From assembly GCA_951406725.2 (NCBI GenBank), contig OX597818.1:45570001-45634000 (forward strand): DNA of 64,000 nt. Reading direction: 5' to 3'. The number at the start of each line of letters is the position of its first letter. Within the stretch, counting starts at the first letter, position 1. Below, piece by piece: positions 26,758 to 40,948 of this stretch. The stretch is from Octopus vulgaris. Its lineage: Eukaryota. Position numbers and translations under genes: made by a program. Below the pieces are notes generated by a model that saw only the letters and a program-made list of their open reading frames with translations, was not told where the DNA came from and ran no database searches.

Positions 26758-26952
26758 CTGTGCTTTCACTCTGCAAATGCATCATCGCATTACATGTATG
26801 CTCCAACGTTGCACAATTAGCCTACTCATGTAACAATAATATCACATTCAGTATTGCATTCGTTTTCCTATGCGTTCATCATTACTTCGTCGCTTTTGCA
26901 TTCTCTGTTCTGTATATGTTCATCGCTACTTCATACACGCATTCAGTTTATA

Positions 26953-27240
26953 GGAGTGGTTGCGTGATAAGAAGCTTGCTTCCCAACCACATGGTTCCGG
27001 GTTCAGTCCTACTGTGCGACACCTTGGGCAAGTGTCTTCTACTAAGGCGGCGAGCTGGCAGAAACGTTAGCACGCCGCTAACAGAGAATGCAAAAGCGAC
27101 GAAGTAATGATGAACAAAAGAACCGATGAAATAAGTATTAGGCTTGCAAAGAATAAGTCCAGAGATCGATTTGTTCGATTAAAGGTGGTGCTCCAGCATG
27201 GCCACAGTCAAATGACTGAAACAAGTAAAAGAATAAAAGA
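26953..27240 (+). mobile_element. Rearranged SINE B/A chimera
   Basis: B head, A head, a 36-bp inverted copy of flank, then B tail. Confidence 0.8.
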
Positions 27241-27908
27241 ATATTATGCACTTGTCTCTGTTAGCAAAAATTTGATTTGCAGGTTACGTATCAGTTCATC
27301 GTAAACTATAGACGTAAAGCATGTGCACTGAAAAAAAATTACTGATCGACATATCAGCTGCTTAAATCAATAATTAATCGAATTATAACCAATATTCGAA
27401 ATATTTATAATAATTTAAAGGAAGAAGGTTATAGAGTCACATGTGAGAATATCATGTTCATGTTTACAATATGAAAAAAAGATTTAGTTCGTTCTTGATG
27501 TCCTCGTATGGCCTTTATTACAGCTGGTACAAAATCTGTAGTAATTGAGTCAATATTTGAAAATTGGGCAATATATATATATAAATATATATGCTTGAGA
27601 ATGTGTGTGTGTGTGTTATTCTTTATAGGAAAGCGTTGTTTTATGTCTTCTGCATTCTCCTTACGACATGTTTGCGTGTATGGTGTGTGTGCGTGAGAGA
27701 GAGAGAGAGTTCGCACTCCTTTGAGATACGTTTGGTGTTAATGTATTGAAAGTAGTTGAACGGGAACAAATTTTCATCGTAGTATCTGCTGTTCAAATCG
27801 GCAATTAATCGAATTATGGCAAATACATGAAACAGGGAAAATAGATTAAACGGGAAATAAGTTTTATTGCCACTTTCTACAGAATCACTTTAAAACTAAA
27901 GCCAAGTC

Positions 27909-27994
<86 letters not shown>

Positions 27995-27995
<1 letters not shown>

Positions 27996-28220
27996 TTCTT
28001 TATTACCCACAAGGGGCTAAACATAGAAGGGACAAACAAGGACAGACATAGGGATTAAGTCGATTACATCGACCCCAGTGCGAAACTGGTACTTTATTTA
28101 TCTACCCCGAAAGGATGAAAGGCAAAGTCGACCTCGGCGGAATTTGAACTCAGAACGTAACGACAGACGAAATACCGCTGAGCATTTCGCCTGGCGCGTT
28201 AATGTATCTGCCAGCTCGCC
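27995..28220 (-). mobile_element. SINE family A inserted in (GATA)n
   Basis: Full unit; GATA repeats on both sides (27908-27995 and ~28222). Confidence 0.9.
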
Positions 28221-28279
28221 GAGATAGATAGATTATCTATCTTATCTATCTATCTACCTATCTTATCTATCTATCTGTC

Positions 28280-28990
28280 GACCCAGAAGCAGATCGCAAT
28301 CAGAAAATACAGGATCAGAGGGAATCGGCAGCCCGAAGCTATATTCATACTGCGATCCAAAAATCTTCCTGAGTTAAGATGCATCATTCTGTGCGAGAGC
28401 TTATACTAAGATGGCAACAATGTGCATGCAACTAGTCGGTTAGATTCTGAGATCATTCCGAGCAAGAAAAAGGGAAATTGTGCTGATTCTGCTGGGAACA
28501 TTTGGTCTCAGTTACCTAGACTAATTCTCTCAATTAAGTCTTCTACATAACGTTCAACTATCAGCGAAGCTCGTGGCAACCCAAAGCATTTACACCAAGA
28601 ATATGTTCTCAGTGCAACAGATGACTATTGAGAGAGATTATAAGAACTGAGGCTCTGCTCTTGTGAGCGAAAACGCAGTAGGTATGCAGCCATGTGTACA
28701 TGGAGAGTCTTGGACGGTCTAGCACCTAACTTTGGTGTTGAAAGCTCAGCCAATCACCGAAATGGACGCCACTGCATAGTGCCAAAGATTCCTCGCTCTC
28801 CATCTAGAACAAGGCCCATCGCAGTAACAGATTATGGTTCAAAGACCCACAGTTTTCAATATCTTTATAAAAAAACTCAGAAACCTACGAGGGGTAGACG
28901 TTAATGTATTTAAAAACACTTATACACATCACGACAAGAAATGAAAATGAGGATGGTGTTATTCAGTTCTTTCATTCACCAAAACCAAAC
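28280..28990 (+). pseudogene. Decayed CR1-group LINE 3' region
   Basis: Remnants ERL*ELRLCSCERKRSRYAAMCTWRVLDGLAPNFG...NGRHCIVPKI; same family as 60320-60605. Confidence 0.7.
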
Positions 28991-29027
28991 ATGGAGAGCC
29001 GTAGAAATAAAATGATATAAACTAATA

Positions 29028-29388
29028 GGCGCAGGAGTGGCTGTGTGGTAAGTAGCTTGCTTACCAACCACATGATTCTGGGTTCAGACCCACTGCGTGG
29101 CACCTTGGGCAAGTGTCTTCTACTATAGCCTTGGGTCGATCAAAACCTTGTGAGTGGATTTGGTAGACGGAAACTGAAAGAAGCCCGTCGTATATATGTG
29201 TATATATATATGTGTGTGTGTCTGTGTTTGTCCTCCCTACCCCCGCACATCGCTTGACAACCTATACTAGTGTGTTTACGTCCCCGTAACTTAGCGGTTC
29301 GGCAAAGTACTAGACTTACAAAGGATAAGTCCTGAGGTCAATTTGCTCGACTAAAGGCGGTGCTCCAGCATGGCCGCAGTCAAAAGAG
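29028..29388 (+). mobile_element. SINE family B
   Basis: Full head, internal microsatellite, tail. Confidence 0.88.
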
Positions 29389-29887
29389 TAATAATCACAC
29401 CAATGACAAAAAGCAATTTTATTAGATACAAAACTAGAGATTATAAATTGAGGTGTGTGAGCAAAGGAAAGAAAAATGTTACAGCGAAATTATTAGGTTT
29501 TTACTGTCAACTTTGAAAACCATGAATCAATCTGACAAAATAAATTTGCCAAACGAAATTTGAATGAAAGTAACACTTCTAGACTAACAAGGACACGGTA
29601 AGATCATAGAGTAAATGAATACATGTTAAATGTTTAAGTGGTTGACATGTCTCAGCGTCACTCGTCACTCTCTTCGTGTCATTGGCCATTAAAAGGCGTC
29701 AATGTATTTAAACTGTTAATTAAAAGGTTGATTAGTGGTTCGAACGTTTGTTACTTTTTGTACATCGATTGAAAAGTTCAAGAAACTGTCTAATCTCTAA
29801 AGCATTCAGATAACAGGGGAATGAAACATCCAGAGTAAATCGAAATTTCCTGAACTTAAGTATATTATAGAAAGAGGTAATATTTAC

Positions 29888-30337
29888 GGATCTTTTCGGT
29901 TTGACCGGCAGTTTTTTAATATAATTTCCACGTAACTAAACACTTTTAAACTTCGTATACTGGTAGAATGTGTTTATAAAACATCTTTTTCTCTTGGCTT
30001 TATTGAGAAAATTCTATAGTTTGTAAGATATTGTTATTTTTTTTTCTTCAATTTCTGCAATTTCAACCAATCAATGACGTCTATTGAGGTAAAAAAAAAA
30101 CATTCTGTGCCGTATGAATATGTCCCTCGTTTAAGAAACAGATTGGGTTTATTTACATTTGTGAAGAAAAAAAAGATACCCTTCTCCCCATCCTAACCCT
30201 AACCCTAACTAACCCTAACTCTAACCCTAACCCTAAAACAGATTGAAATGCAATACATCGATACTAGGGTCATAATTATGGGTGACAATTTCATATGACA
30301 CCGCTAGAAAAAACTGCCGGTCAAACCGAAAAGATCC
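29888..30337. mobile_element. Non-autonomous DNA transposon, Merlin-like, containing (CCCTAA)n
   Basis: TIR GGATCTTTTCGGTTTGACCGGCAGTTTTTT; 8-bp TSD atatttac. Confidence 0.85.
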
Positions 30338-31442
30338 ATATTTACTAAATTTAGTTTCCAATGTTGATGTGTTTAGACTAATTTTGACGCAGTTACCCTC
30401 TAAAACCTTTATAACAAGATAGGAAAGGTACCAGAATATGAAGACCATGAACAAATGTCACTGGAGGCATGAAATTTAAGCCATTTCTTGCTTATCATTC
30501 TGATACTCTGAGAGCAACGTAAGGTGTCATTTCATGGGGAAGACAAATGTACTTACTTGTACTTGTGGCGACATTCACCCTGGGCGGGTTGAGTCGGCTT
30601 CTTCTACTCATGGAAGAAGTTTCGTGGGAATGTGTGGATTTCACAAGCGGTCTCCAACAATCCCGCATATGGAGACATCCTGTTTGCCGCAGATTGTCCG
30701 CAGACGCAGGAACAAGAACGACCGAGGAGCCGCCGGTTGCCGAAGCAGACACTCCGAGGATTTTCACCAGAGCAGCCCGTCTGCCGGGTTGTGGCCCTAA
30801 TACCACTCGGTGTCAGACCAATCCGCCTTGGGTGGCCCGACCAGGAACCGAAGTTCCCGACGGCATAGCTCTGACACTACCCGTTGCCAGCGTCCCCACC
30901 ACGGCGAGGAGGGGATGAAGTATAAGAGACGTACTTCGAAATATTCCATTACATATTACAAGGATTGATGTACTTAATTTGAAAAATCCTTAGTTTTGAA
31001 TTACCGGATGTCAAGGAGATTGGTATGTTTACTTATACATATTCTATGTCACATACAGACATTTTGCAACGCAAATACTATAATATGTTGAGTACAAATC
31101 CATGGTAAATGAGCATGAGTTTAGAGTGACTTCATAAATTGAGTTCCAGAGTTCCATGCTGCTATGTTTAGAACTGTTACACTAATTCAACGTTCTTGAC
31201 CATCTCTGCAACTACAGCTGTATAAAACAAGCTTCTCAAACAAGACATAATGGCTGAAGAATGGTTGTTTTTCACTGGCATCAGAAATAGACAAAAACAA
31301 TTAAACGTTAAGATGCTAGAGGAAGCTACTATAAAATCAGGGCAGCTGGAATTTATATTTAAATGCAGTTATTTTTATATAAAAATTTTAAGCATTTTAC
31401 TTTCTTAATTTTTAAATGTGCAATGCTTATTTTATATAAAGA

Positions 31443-31917
31443 CTAGCAGTATAGCCCGGCGTTGCTCGGGTTTGTTTTTTTAGTTCCGCTTAAAATGGCA
31501 GACTTTGATGTCGCGTTAACAAAGTCTTTATATAGTTTCAATCTTTTTTGAAAAGTAAAAATTTTGCATTATTTACCTTGTTATTCTCTTTAAGTGAACA
31601 TTTTTCTGGTTGAAATACACCGAAAAATGGTGACACAGCAGTCAAAAAATCGTAATAATTAGGGATTTTCATAGAAAAAAAAGCACCTTTTTGATGTAAA
31701 TAATTTTTGGTGTTAACATGGTCCGATTTGAATTTTTTCTTCTACGGAATAAAGAGTAAGCCTTCTTCTATCATAATCTCAATTTTAGTCAACTTGCGCC
31801 GCAGGATCTCGGAGGAGATAGTGTTAGTTGAAGGCTACCAAACCTGCCACACACGCACACAGATCGCGGTTTCAATTCCTGAGTGCAACACTCTAATTAC
31901 TAATATATATATATATA
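31443..31917 (-). mobile_element. Non-autonomous Helitron
   Basis: Minus-strand 3' end cccgagcaacgccgggctatactgCTAG followed by T; internal homology to 36020-36350. Confidence 0.8.
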
Positions 31918-32131
31918 TAAATTTGAGTACCAAAGAGCAAAGAGTACCAACGAATCTGAATCAAACTGTTGGTACTCTTTGCTCTTTGGTACTCAAATTT
32001 AAAATGGCTGACGACTAGCATCACACTTGAGACTCAAGAGTACCAACGAATTTCAATCAAACTATTTTGATCCATAAATGTAACTTCCAATAAATTGGTC
32101 GAGCACCCTTCTTTCGTTTGTCCACCGACTC

Positions 32132-32232
<101 letters not shown>

Positions 32233-32234
32233 TG

Positions 32235-32618
32235 TTGCTGGCACTCCGTCGGTTACGACGACGAGTGTTCCAGTTGATCCGATCAACGGAACAGCCTGCT
32301 CATGAAATTAATGTGCAAGTGGCTGAACACTCCACAGACACGTGTACCTTTAACGTAGTTCTCGGGGAGATTCAGCGTGACACAGAGTGTGATAAGGCTG
32401 GCCCTTTGAAATACAGGTACAACAGAAACAGGAAGAAAGAGTGAGAGAAAGTTGAGGTGAAAGAGTACAGCAGGGTTCACCACCAACCCCTGCCAGAACC
32501 TCGTGGAGCTTTAGGCGTTTTTGCTCAATAAACACTCACAACGCCCGGTCTGGGAATCGAAACCGCGATCCTAAGACCGTGAGTCCACTGCCCTAACCAC
32601 TGGGCAATTGAGCCTCCA
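32235..32618 (-). mobile_element. SINE family C
   Basis: Reverse complement of the 52798-53186 copy; flanked by (GATA)n and (TACA)n. Confidence 0.88.
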
Positions 32619-32724
32619 ATAATAGATAAAGATGCATACATACATACATACATACATACATACATACATACATACATACATACATACATACATACATGCA
32701 TACATACATACATACAAATAAATG

Positions 32725-32780
<56 letters not shown>

Positions 32781-32781
<1 letters not shown>

Positions 32782-35105
32782 CTTAGAATAACTTAGAAAG
32801 GTTTTGGCCAGTATTGGCCCAGGCCATGTCTAACTTAATAGCACCACCTGGGGAAGTCTTTCAATTCAGGATTTGGGCACCAAGGCCCATTCGAGCAGAG
32901 AGTTATTGTTTGCGGAGACATATCCGGGTGTGGGTGGTTTGTTCGAGACTGTTTGAAGGAATTTGTCCAAAGACTTCTTGAATTTTGTGTGGTCAGTTTC
33001 TTTTTTGACGTGTCCTGGTGTAATGTTGAAGAGAGCGGGTCCAATTGAGGTGAAATAGTTGTACCGTATTGTCGTTATGTGATGCGATTTAGATTTTTGT
33101 TGTGGACGGATGGCACGTGGTCCAAGCCTTGGATGTATTTTGAAGGTGATGCCAACATCATTCGGAGAGTGCTGATGGAATATTTTCCACATCATACAGA
33201 TAATGTAGCGTTCACGGCGTCGTTGGAATGAATACAGTTTCAGCTTCTCTAGTCTACCCCAGTAGTCAAGGTCTGACATGCCATCTATCTTTTTTGTGAT
33301 TGACCTTTGGGGAGCTTCAGTTCTCATAATACTTTGTTTTGTGTAAGGAGACCACAGTGGACAGCAGTATTCAAGGTGGGGTCGGGCAAAAGTGGAGAAG
33401 AGAAGGATAATCATGTGGGAATCTCTCGACTGGAAGGTTCTGAGAATCCAGGAACACATTCTGCGGGCCATGTCAACTTTGCTGCTTATATGTGTAGCCC
33501 AGCTTATGTTGTTGTCCACTGTTACTCCCAAGTCTCTGATGTTGTTGGATGCCACGAGAATTTCTCCAGAAGGAAGAGAGTATGGGAGTTTCAGAGCGTC
33601 CTCCCTTCCAAAGTGGATCAGTTCGAATTTGTCTTCATTTAGCAACATGTTATTCTTTTCCGCCCATTGGGCAACAGCCCGTAGGTCTGACTGAAGGCTT
33701 ATTCGGTCATCCACGCCATTGATGACCTTCTGGAGCTTGGAATCATCAGCGAAGGTTCTGATGTTACTGTGTTTGATGGTGTCAGTAATATCATTTATGT
33801 AGATGATGAAGAGAAGTGGGCCCAACACAGTGCCTTGTGGGACACCACTGCTGGGCTGGATTTGACCCCTTCGACTACAACATGTTGGGTTCTGTTAGAC
33901 AGGAAGCACTTGATCCACTGCAGCAGCTTTCCAGTGACACCAATATTGGACAGCTTTCTCAGAAGGATCTCATGATCAACCCTGTCAAAGGCCTTGCTGA
34001 AATCAAGGTAGATGACATCAGTGTCATCTTCAAGACACAAGCAGGGAACCTATCGGGACCTACTGCTGGATTATGCTTCATTTCCTTTATTGCTGCTAAG
34101 ACATCAGGAACGCCAAAGGTTATGTCCGATAAAGTGTATTGGGGAGTAACATCACTGATACACCCCAGATCAGTCATATCAGGATTGCTGAAAACAGAGC
34201 AATATTGTTTCTGCAATATCTCTCCCATGGTTTTGGCATTGTCTTGAAGAGTACCATTTTCATCAATCAGAGGGCCAACAGTAGAACCAGTGACTCTGTG
34301 TTTTTTTGCAAATGAAAAGAACACTTTGGGATCGAATTTGATCTTCTCAATGGCCCAGGCCTCTTCAGCTCTTCGCTGACTATTGATGATAGACATCATG
34401 TTGTTTTGGAGTTTATGTTTTTTAATCTCTAGCGACGAGATGGCAGTCAGGTTGGTGTGTTGCTGTTGACAGTATTTCAGCTTGTTGATTTTTTTGTTAA
34501 TTCTTTTAATTTTCCTGATGAGAGATTTTCTATTTCTAGGGATTCGACACTTAGATTTGTTTGCAGATCTTAATGGGGTGTGTTTTGCACATATGTTCGT
34601 AATGGTGTCTACAAATGACTGTCAGGACTTTTTGATGTTAGTGGGTGTGTATGTGTGCGTGAAGGACCAATCGACTTGTGCAAGATCATTATTGATCGCT
34701 TCCCAGTTTGCATTGTGGAAATCCATAGTGTCAAATGGATGAACAGGAGGGATGACGTTTGTTTTGCATTTTGGCCAGTGAAATCTCAGATCACAAAGAA
34801 CCATGTCATGATCGGAGAGTAGGGTTTTCTCCAATGCAATATTGTTGATAGTATCAGTGTGATTGCTGAAAATTAAGTCTAAGACGTTTTTATGACATCT
34901 CGTTGGTTCGAGTACCAGTTGGGACAGGAAGAAATCATCCATGAAGTCAAGAAGCTATTCCACTGCCTCCCTGTCAGGGGTTGAGAGAGAAGAACCTGGC
35001 GGCAGACTGTTTGTAGACCAGTCAACCCCGGGAAGGTTGAAGTCTCCCATCATTAAAATGTTGTCAGGTTGACACTGCTGAATGAAACACTTTATGCTGT
35101 TGAGG
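32781..35105 (-). mobile_element. CR1-group LINE, 5'-truncated, frameshifted and internally deleted
   Basis: APE endonuclease motifs (GDFNLP, TR..NVLDLIFSN, SDH) at 34620-35100; RT motifs YLDFSKAFD, GPLLFIIYIND, FADD; short tandem 3' tail. Confidence 0.93.
32866..33828 (-). pseudogene. C-terminal half of LINE ORF2 reverse transcriptase
   Basis: 320-aa open stretch with FADDSKL, RDLGV, RPHLEYC, RLEKLKLYS; upstream part lies in other frames. Confidence 0.9.
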
Positions 35106-35109
35106 CATA

Positions 35110-35140
<31 letters not shown>

Positions 35141-35508
35141 GTATGTATATGTGTATATATGTGAATGTGTGTGTGTGTATATGCGTGTGTACATCCACTC
35201 AACCAACATTCGCGAGCAAGTATGGCTCGGTTGCATGTATAATGCTTTTACTAACCGTTCCAAGTGCCTATGTAGACACCCTATCAGCCCTCTCACGCAT
35301 AATTATGCCTAGTGGCATATCCAGGATGTGAGAATGCTGTACCAACATCGGGCTCGCACTCATTACAGCTGAGTTGACTGGAGTAAAGTGAAATGAAGTA
35401 CCTTGCTCAAGGACAACATGCTCCACCCAATCCAGGATTCGAACTCTTTGTCTTACAGTCTAAATCGAATACCCTAACCACTACAAAAGAAACAGACAAG
35501 ACTTGATA

Positions 35509-35883
35509 TCTTTATATATAAAAGCGAGGTTGTGTGCTGTCTGTCTCCTACGATTTAGATTCCTAACTACTCCCACATTTTGCGGTGCAGTTTAACCAAA
35601 ACCGGGTATCTTATAGTCGTGATTCATATCGCGCGTCTACGATGAGTCTACGATTTAAAAAAAAATTTACCATCAATTTTTCCCATTTTTTAATGCATTT
35701 TTGGCATATATAAGGGAAGTAACTCTCTAAAAATTTATTAAATCTCAGAACGTAAAAAGCTTCAGTAACACCGCCCCCTTTGTGGTTAGCCATATTGAGA
35801 TGGCTATTATACTTTACATCTCTAAAAATGCTTATATAGTTATTTCCCTTACAAACCCGAGCAACGCCGGGCGATACTGCAAG
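35509..35883 (+). mobile_element. Non-autonomous Helitron
   Basis: A|TC 5' end, 3' hairpin cccgagcaacgccggg, terminal CAAG|T (CTAG in paralogues). Confidence 0.8.
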
Positions 35884-36019
35884 TCATTTATATAATGTGT
35901 CCAATTGTTTAACAAAGCACGACGCGCGTGCAAGCACACACACATACGCACGTACGTGTACAAATTCATACAAATATACACATATATACGTTATGGACTG
36001 ATACACAAGATTTTTTAAA

Positions 36020-36562
36020 TCTCTCTATATATAAAGCTGAAGTTGTCTGTGTGTGTGGCAGGTTTAGTAGCCTTCAACTAACACTATCTCCTTCGAGAAC
36101 CTGCAGCGCAAGTTGACCAAAATTGGGAGTATGATAGAAGAAGGCTTGCTCTTCATTCCGTAGAAGAAAAAATTCAAATCGGACCATGTTAACACCAAAA
36201 ATTATTTATATCAAAAAGGTGCTTTTTTTTCTATGAAAATCCCTATTTTTTACGATTTTTTGACTGCTGTGTCACCATTTTTCGGTGCATTTCAACCAGA
36301 AAAATGTTCACTTAAAGAGAATAACAAGCTACATAATGCAAAATTTTTACCATCAATTTTTCCCATTTTTAATGCATTTTTGGCATATATAAGGGAAGTA
36401 ACTCTCTAAAAATTTATTATTAAATCTCAGAACGTAAAAAGCTACAGTAACCCCCCCTTTGTGGTTAGCCATATTGAGATGGCTATTATACTTTATATCT
36501 CCAAAAATGCTTATATAGTTATTTCCCTTACAAACCCTAGCAACGCCTGGCGATACTGCTAG
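36020..36562 (+). mobile_element. Non-autonomous Helitron (mosaic)
   Basis: A|TC...CTAG|T, no TSD. Confidence 0.85.
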
Positions 36563-36717
36563 TATGCAATAAATACTTTTAGCTCTGTAATCAGGTCTGT
36601 GCAGGGTTACAGATTCAGCTTGTTATCGAAAGAACATGTTCTCCTAGACATGCGAATCTCTAAGTATTTGTAATTATATTATCTCGTTACATTTACAAAA
36701 TATTCTTACAAACATGT

Positions 36718-37110
<393 letters not shown>

Positions 37111-37559
37111 CTTATATTGTGTTAGAATAATTTTTTTTTTAATCCAGGAGCCAAGTTTAACCTAGGTTTCAGAAATATTTCAATATAAGCTCTATCTGCC
37201 GCATTTAGATAGAAATATTCGCCGTAAGTACTTCATTCTTTCAGTTTTATATTTTTATTCTTCTGTAGTTTTATAGGAAGAAAGATATATTCAGCTGCGA
37301 AGATAAAATATTCAATCGCACATCCTATTAGAAGAGTAGCTCACCGACTGAAATCTCTCCTCATGATTTCCGATACTAAATTGTTTTATATATTTTACAT
37401 CGGCAGGGTTTCTCGGGAAATTATACAGATGTATTACTACTACCAGTTGTATACTGCTGTTTCATAAACATTGCATTCAGCCTTGTGTTTCTGGCAACAA
37501 TTTTGTCAAGCAATAAAAGGAAGCTCTTTAGTTCCTTCTTGCCTGAAAAGCGATAAAAG

Positions 37560-37990
37560 GGATCTTTTCGGTTTGAACGGCAGTTTTTTTCTAGCGGTGT
37601 CATATGAAATTGTCACCCATAATTATGACCCTAGTATCGATCTACTTCATTTCAATCTGTTTTAGGGTTAAGGTTAGTTAGGGTTAGGGTTAGGGTGGGG
37701 GATGGGTATCTTTTTTCTTCGCAAATGTAAATAAACCCAATCTGTTTCTTAAACGAGGGACATATTCATACGGCACAGAATGTTTTTTACCTCAATAGAC
37801 GTCAGTGATTGGTTGAAATTGCAGAAAATGAATAAAAAAAACAACAAATATCTTACAAACTATAGAATTTTCTCAATAAAGCCAAGAGAAAAAGATGTTT
37901 TATAAACATATTCTACCAGTATACAAAGTTTAAAATTTTTTAGTTACCTAGAAATTATGTTAAAAACTGCCATTCAAACCGAAAAGATCC
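37560..37990. mobile_element. Second copy of Merlin-like element, opposite orientation
   Basis: Same TIRs; 8-bp TSD gataaa(a/t)g; internal TTAGGG repeats at ~37660-37695. Confidence 0.85.
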
Positions 37991-38104
37991 GATAAATGTA
38001 TTTTATACTGGAATTTATATATCCATCATTCTGCTTAATGATTTCGATCTTGCTTCATCACTGTTATCTACATTAATTAATTAATCAATCAATCAATCAA
38101 TCTG

Positions 38105-38445
38105 TTGCAGGTTGCTTTTTGTGAAGTAAAATGTTCACAGTTCAGCACAAAAGTGTTGGTTGAATTTCAAAACAAAAGTAGATTTTTTTTAGAAAACAAC
38201 TACATTGGTTTTGAAGGCTATGATTTTTTTAAAATTAGTTTCGTAGCAAAACTAAGTCAACGATATTGTCTGGATCAATTTTTGTGGCATTTGCATCAAG
38301 TTTATTGGGGCATAAATAACTAAGAGTATCACCCAAATTATCGATACATTTTGGTATTCTTTCCAAACGTCATCAACACAAATTTGTTCATCAAATTAAT
38401 TACTTGAACTTGACATTAGATGCATAATCACCTACAAATCCTCTC

Positions 38446-38497
<52 letters not shown>

Positions 38498-38849
38498 CTT
38501 AAAAAATAAGGGCAAAAGAAAAATTCTAATGCCAAATATGCCGAAAATAGACAAATTGTCAATAACCATTATAATTTATGCGTCTCGAAACAAGCCGATA
38601 GAAATTTCTAAAAAGATTCCCTTATTACCGTATTGGTCCCAATTTCAGAGTTAATTCATAAGAATTTTCTCCTCCTCAGCGATAAATACGTAAGACATAA
38701 ATGAAATACTTACTCATTCTCATGGAAAGATCAAGCACTAAGTCCTGAGCAGACCTAAGTACCCCAAATATATCCAAAATAGAAAATCTTCAGCACATCT
38801 CGAAACACGTGTGATTCGAACTAGAAACTTTCACATAGTGAGAGAGTCC

Positions 38850-38890
<41 letters not shown>

Positions 38891-39238
38891 TCAATTGCAG
38901 ATTGCTTTTTTGTGAAGTAAAATGTTCACAGTTCAGTACAAAAGTGTTGGTTGATTTCCAAAACAGAAGTAGATTTTTTTTTTAGAAGACAACTACATTG
39001 GTTTTGAAGGTTACGATTTTTTTTTAAATTAGTTTCGTAGCAAACTAAGTCAATGATATTGTCTGGATCAATTTTTGTGGCATTTGCATCATGTTTATTG
39101 GGGCATAAATGACTAAGAGTATCACCCAAATTATCGATACATTTTGGTATTCTTTCCAAACGTCATCAACACAAATTTGTTCATCAAATTAATTACTTGA
39201 ACTTGACATTAGATGCATAAGATAATCACCTACAAATC

Positions 39239-39245
<7 letters not shown>
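38105..39245. repeat. ~345-bp direct repeat (38105-38445, 38895-39245) around a ~450-bp spacer
   Basis: Both copies run ttgcag(g/a)ttgcttttt...cacctacaaatcctctc. Confidence 0.93.
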
Positions 39246-39276
<31 letters not shown>

Positions 39277-39420
39277 CTTTCTATCTATCTATCTCTATCT
39301 AGCTATCTCTCTCTCTCACACACACACATATCACCCTCTTTGGACATATTTTTAATGGATAACATGATTAGCGTGCTTCTATGACTGCGTGAACTCTGCT
39401 AAAGGTATATGAAGTGGCAA

Positions 39421-39835
39421 GGCGGCGAGTTCGCAGAAACGTTAGCACGCCGGGCGAAATGCGTAGCCGTATTTCGTCTGCCGTTACGTTCTGAGTTCAA
39501 ATTCCGCCGAGGTCGACTTTGCCTTTCATCCTTTCGGGGTCGATAAATTAAGTACCAGTTACGCACTGGGGTCGATATAATCGACTTAATCCGTTTGTCT
39601 GTCCTTGTTTGTCCTCTCTGAGTTTAGCCCCTTGTGAGTAGTAAAGAAATAAGTATTTCGTCTGCCGCTACATTCTGAGTTCAAATTCCGCCGAGGTCGA
39701 CTTTGCCTTTCATCCTTTCGGGGTCGATAAATTAAGTACCAGTTACGCACTGGGGTCGATGTAATCGACTTAATACCTATGCTTGTCCTTGTTTGTCCGC
39801 TCTATGTTTCGCCCCTTGTGGGTAATAAAGAAACA
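39421..39835 (+). mobile_element. SINE family A dimer
   Basis: Single TSD ggta(t/c)atgaagtg(g/a)ca at 39404 and 39836. Confidence 0.92.
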
Positions 39836-40948
39836 GGTACATGAAGTGACAGGTGGTGGGGGTCAAACCGAGAGACGGATTAATTTTACTACAAAGCTTT
39901 AGTAGATCTGAAGATAATGTCGAGAAGCTTGATCAGAGTGTCGTGCGGTAGAACATCGAGAAAACTCGTGGCTGCGCAGCGAACTTCTTAGCCATTTAGC
40001 CATACCTTTTAACAAACTTCTCCAATCATTTTCTGTAATAAAATTAAAGGACAATATTTGCTTGTTTGGTTTTTATTTTATGAATAATATCATTCACTTT
40101 TTTTTTATATTCTATCTCAACAAATCGGAATTTGAAACGACAGCAGAGGAAAAAAAGCCTCCGGTAAGTGAAACAAACCAGTTGGATATTTGACATAAGG
40201 AAATTGTATATGAAATACCTAGCTAAAAGCTATGATTGCAATGATATCTACAATGGTGAAGATAAAATTGTTAAGAAAACCAAGTGGAGAAAGATTAAAA
40301 GCTGCTGAGAAAAATTCTAATAATAATCATATGAAATAGAAATTGGATAAGGAGAAGAGGAGGTGGTGAGATTTTGCAACGAAAAGGCTAAGAGTGATGA
40401 GATTTTATTAAAATCCGTTATTAGTTGTGTTATTTTCTCAGTATAAATACAATTATGCCATTGTTGTTGATAACAATAAAATAAAACCTCTCGTGCAGTT
40501 TATAAGCTGGATGCAGCTGATACCGTTCTATATAGAGTGTACGTTCTCAATTTTGATGAAGACTTTAATGAGTTGGCTTTAGCTTGAAGTCGCAAGCAGA
40601 TTGTTCAGATTCACTCGTGTTTCTTTTTCACGTGTAATCTAACTAATAATTTGTTTCTATTGTCATTTAATCGTATATCGCCAGACGTCGTCACGTATTG
40701 TATATGGGAATATTCTTTTTCTATCAACCATTTGTAACTAATGGTATTTTGCTTTCATTGCAATATCCTTCAAATTACAAAATTATTCAGAGAATTATTA
40801 ACTCATTATTTCTTCGATTAACTCGTTATTTCTTATTGAGACCGATATGCCTGAAACGAAATAATTCACAAAACATTAGTTTAAATATTACCAAAGGAAC
40901 TACAAATGAGGAACCACTACATCAGGTGTGAGGAGCCTATTTAGTACC

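Noticed and set aside
30190-30235. CCCTAA repeats as a chromosome end or fusion site
   Set aside because: Short, imperfect and internal to a TIR element present in several copies
33307-34247. Plus-strand ORFs over the LINE
   Set aside because: Antisense shadows of the RT coding sequence
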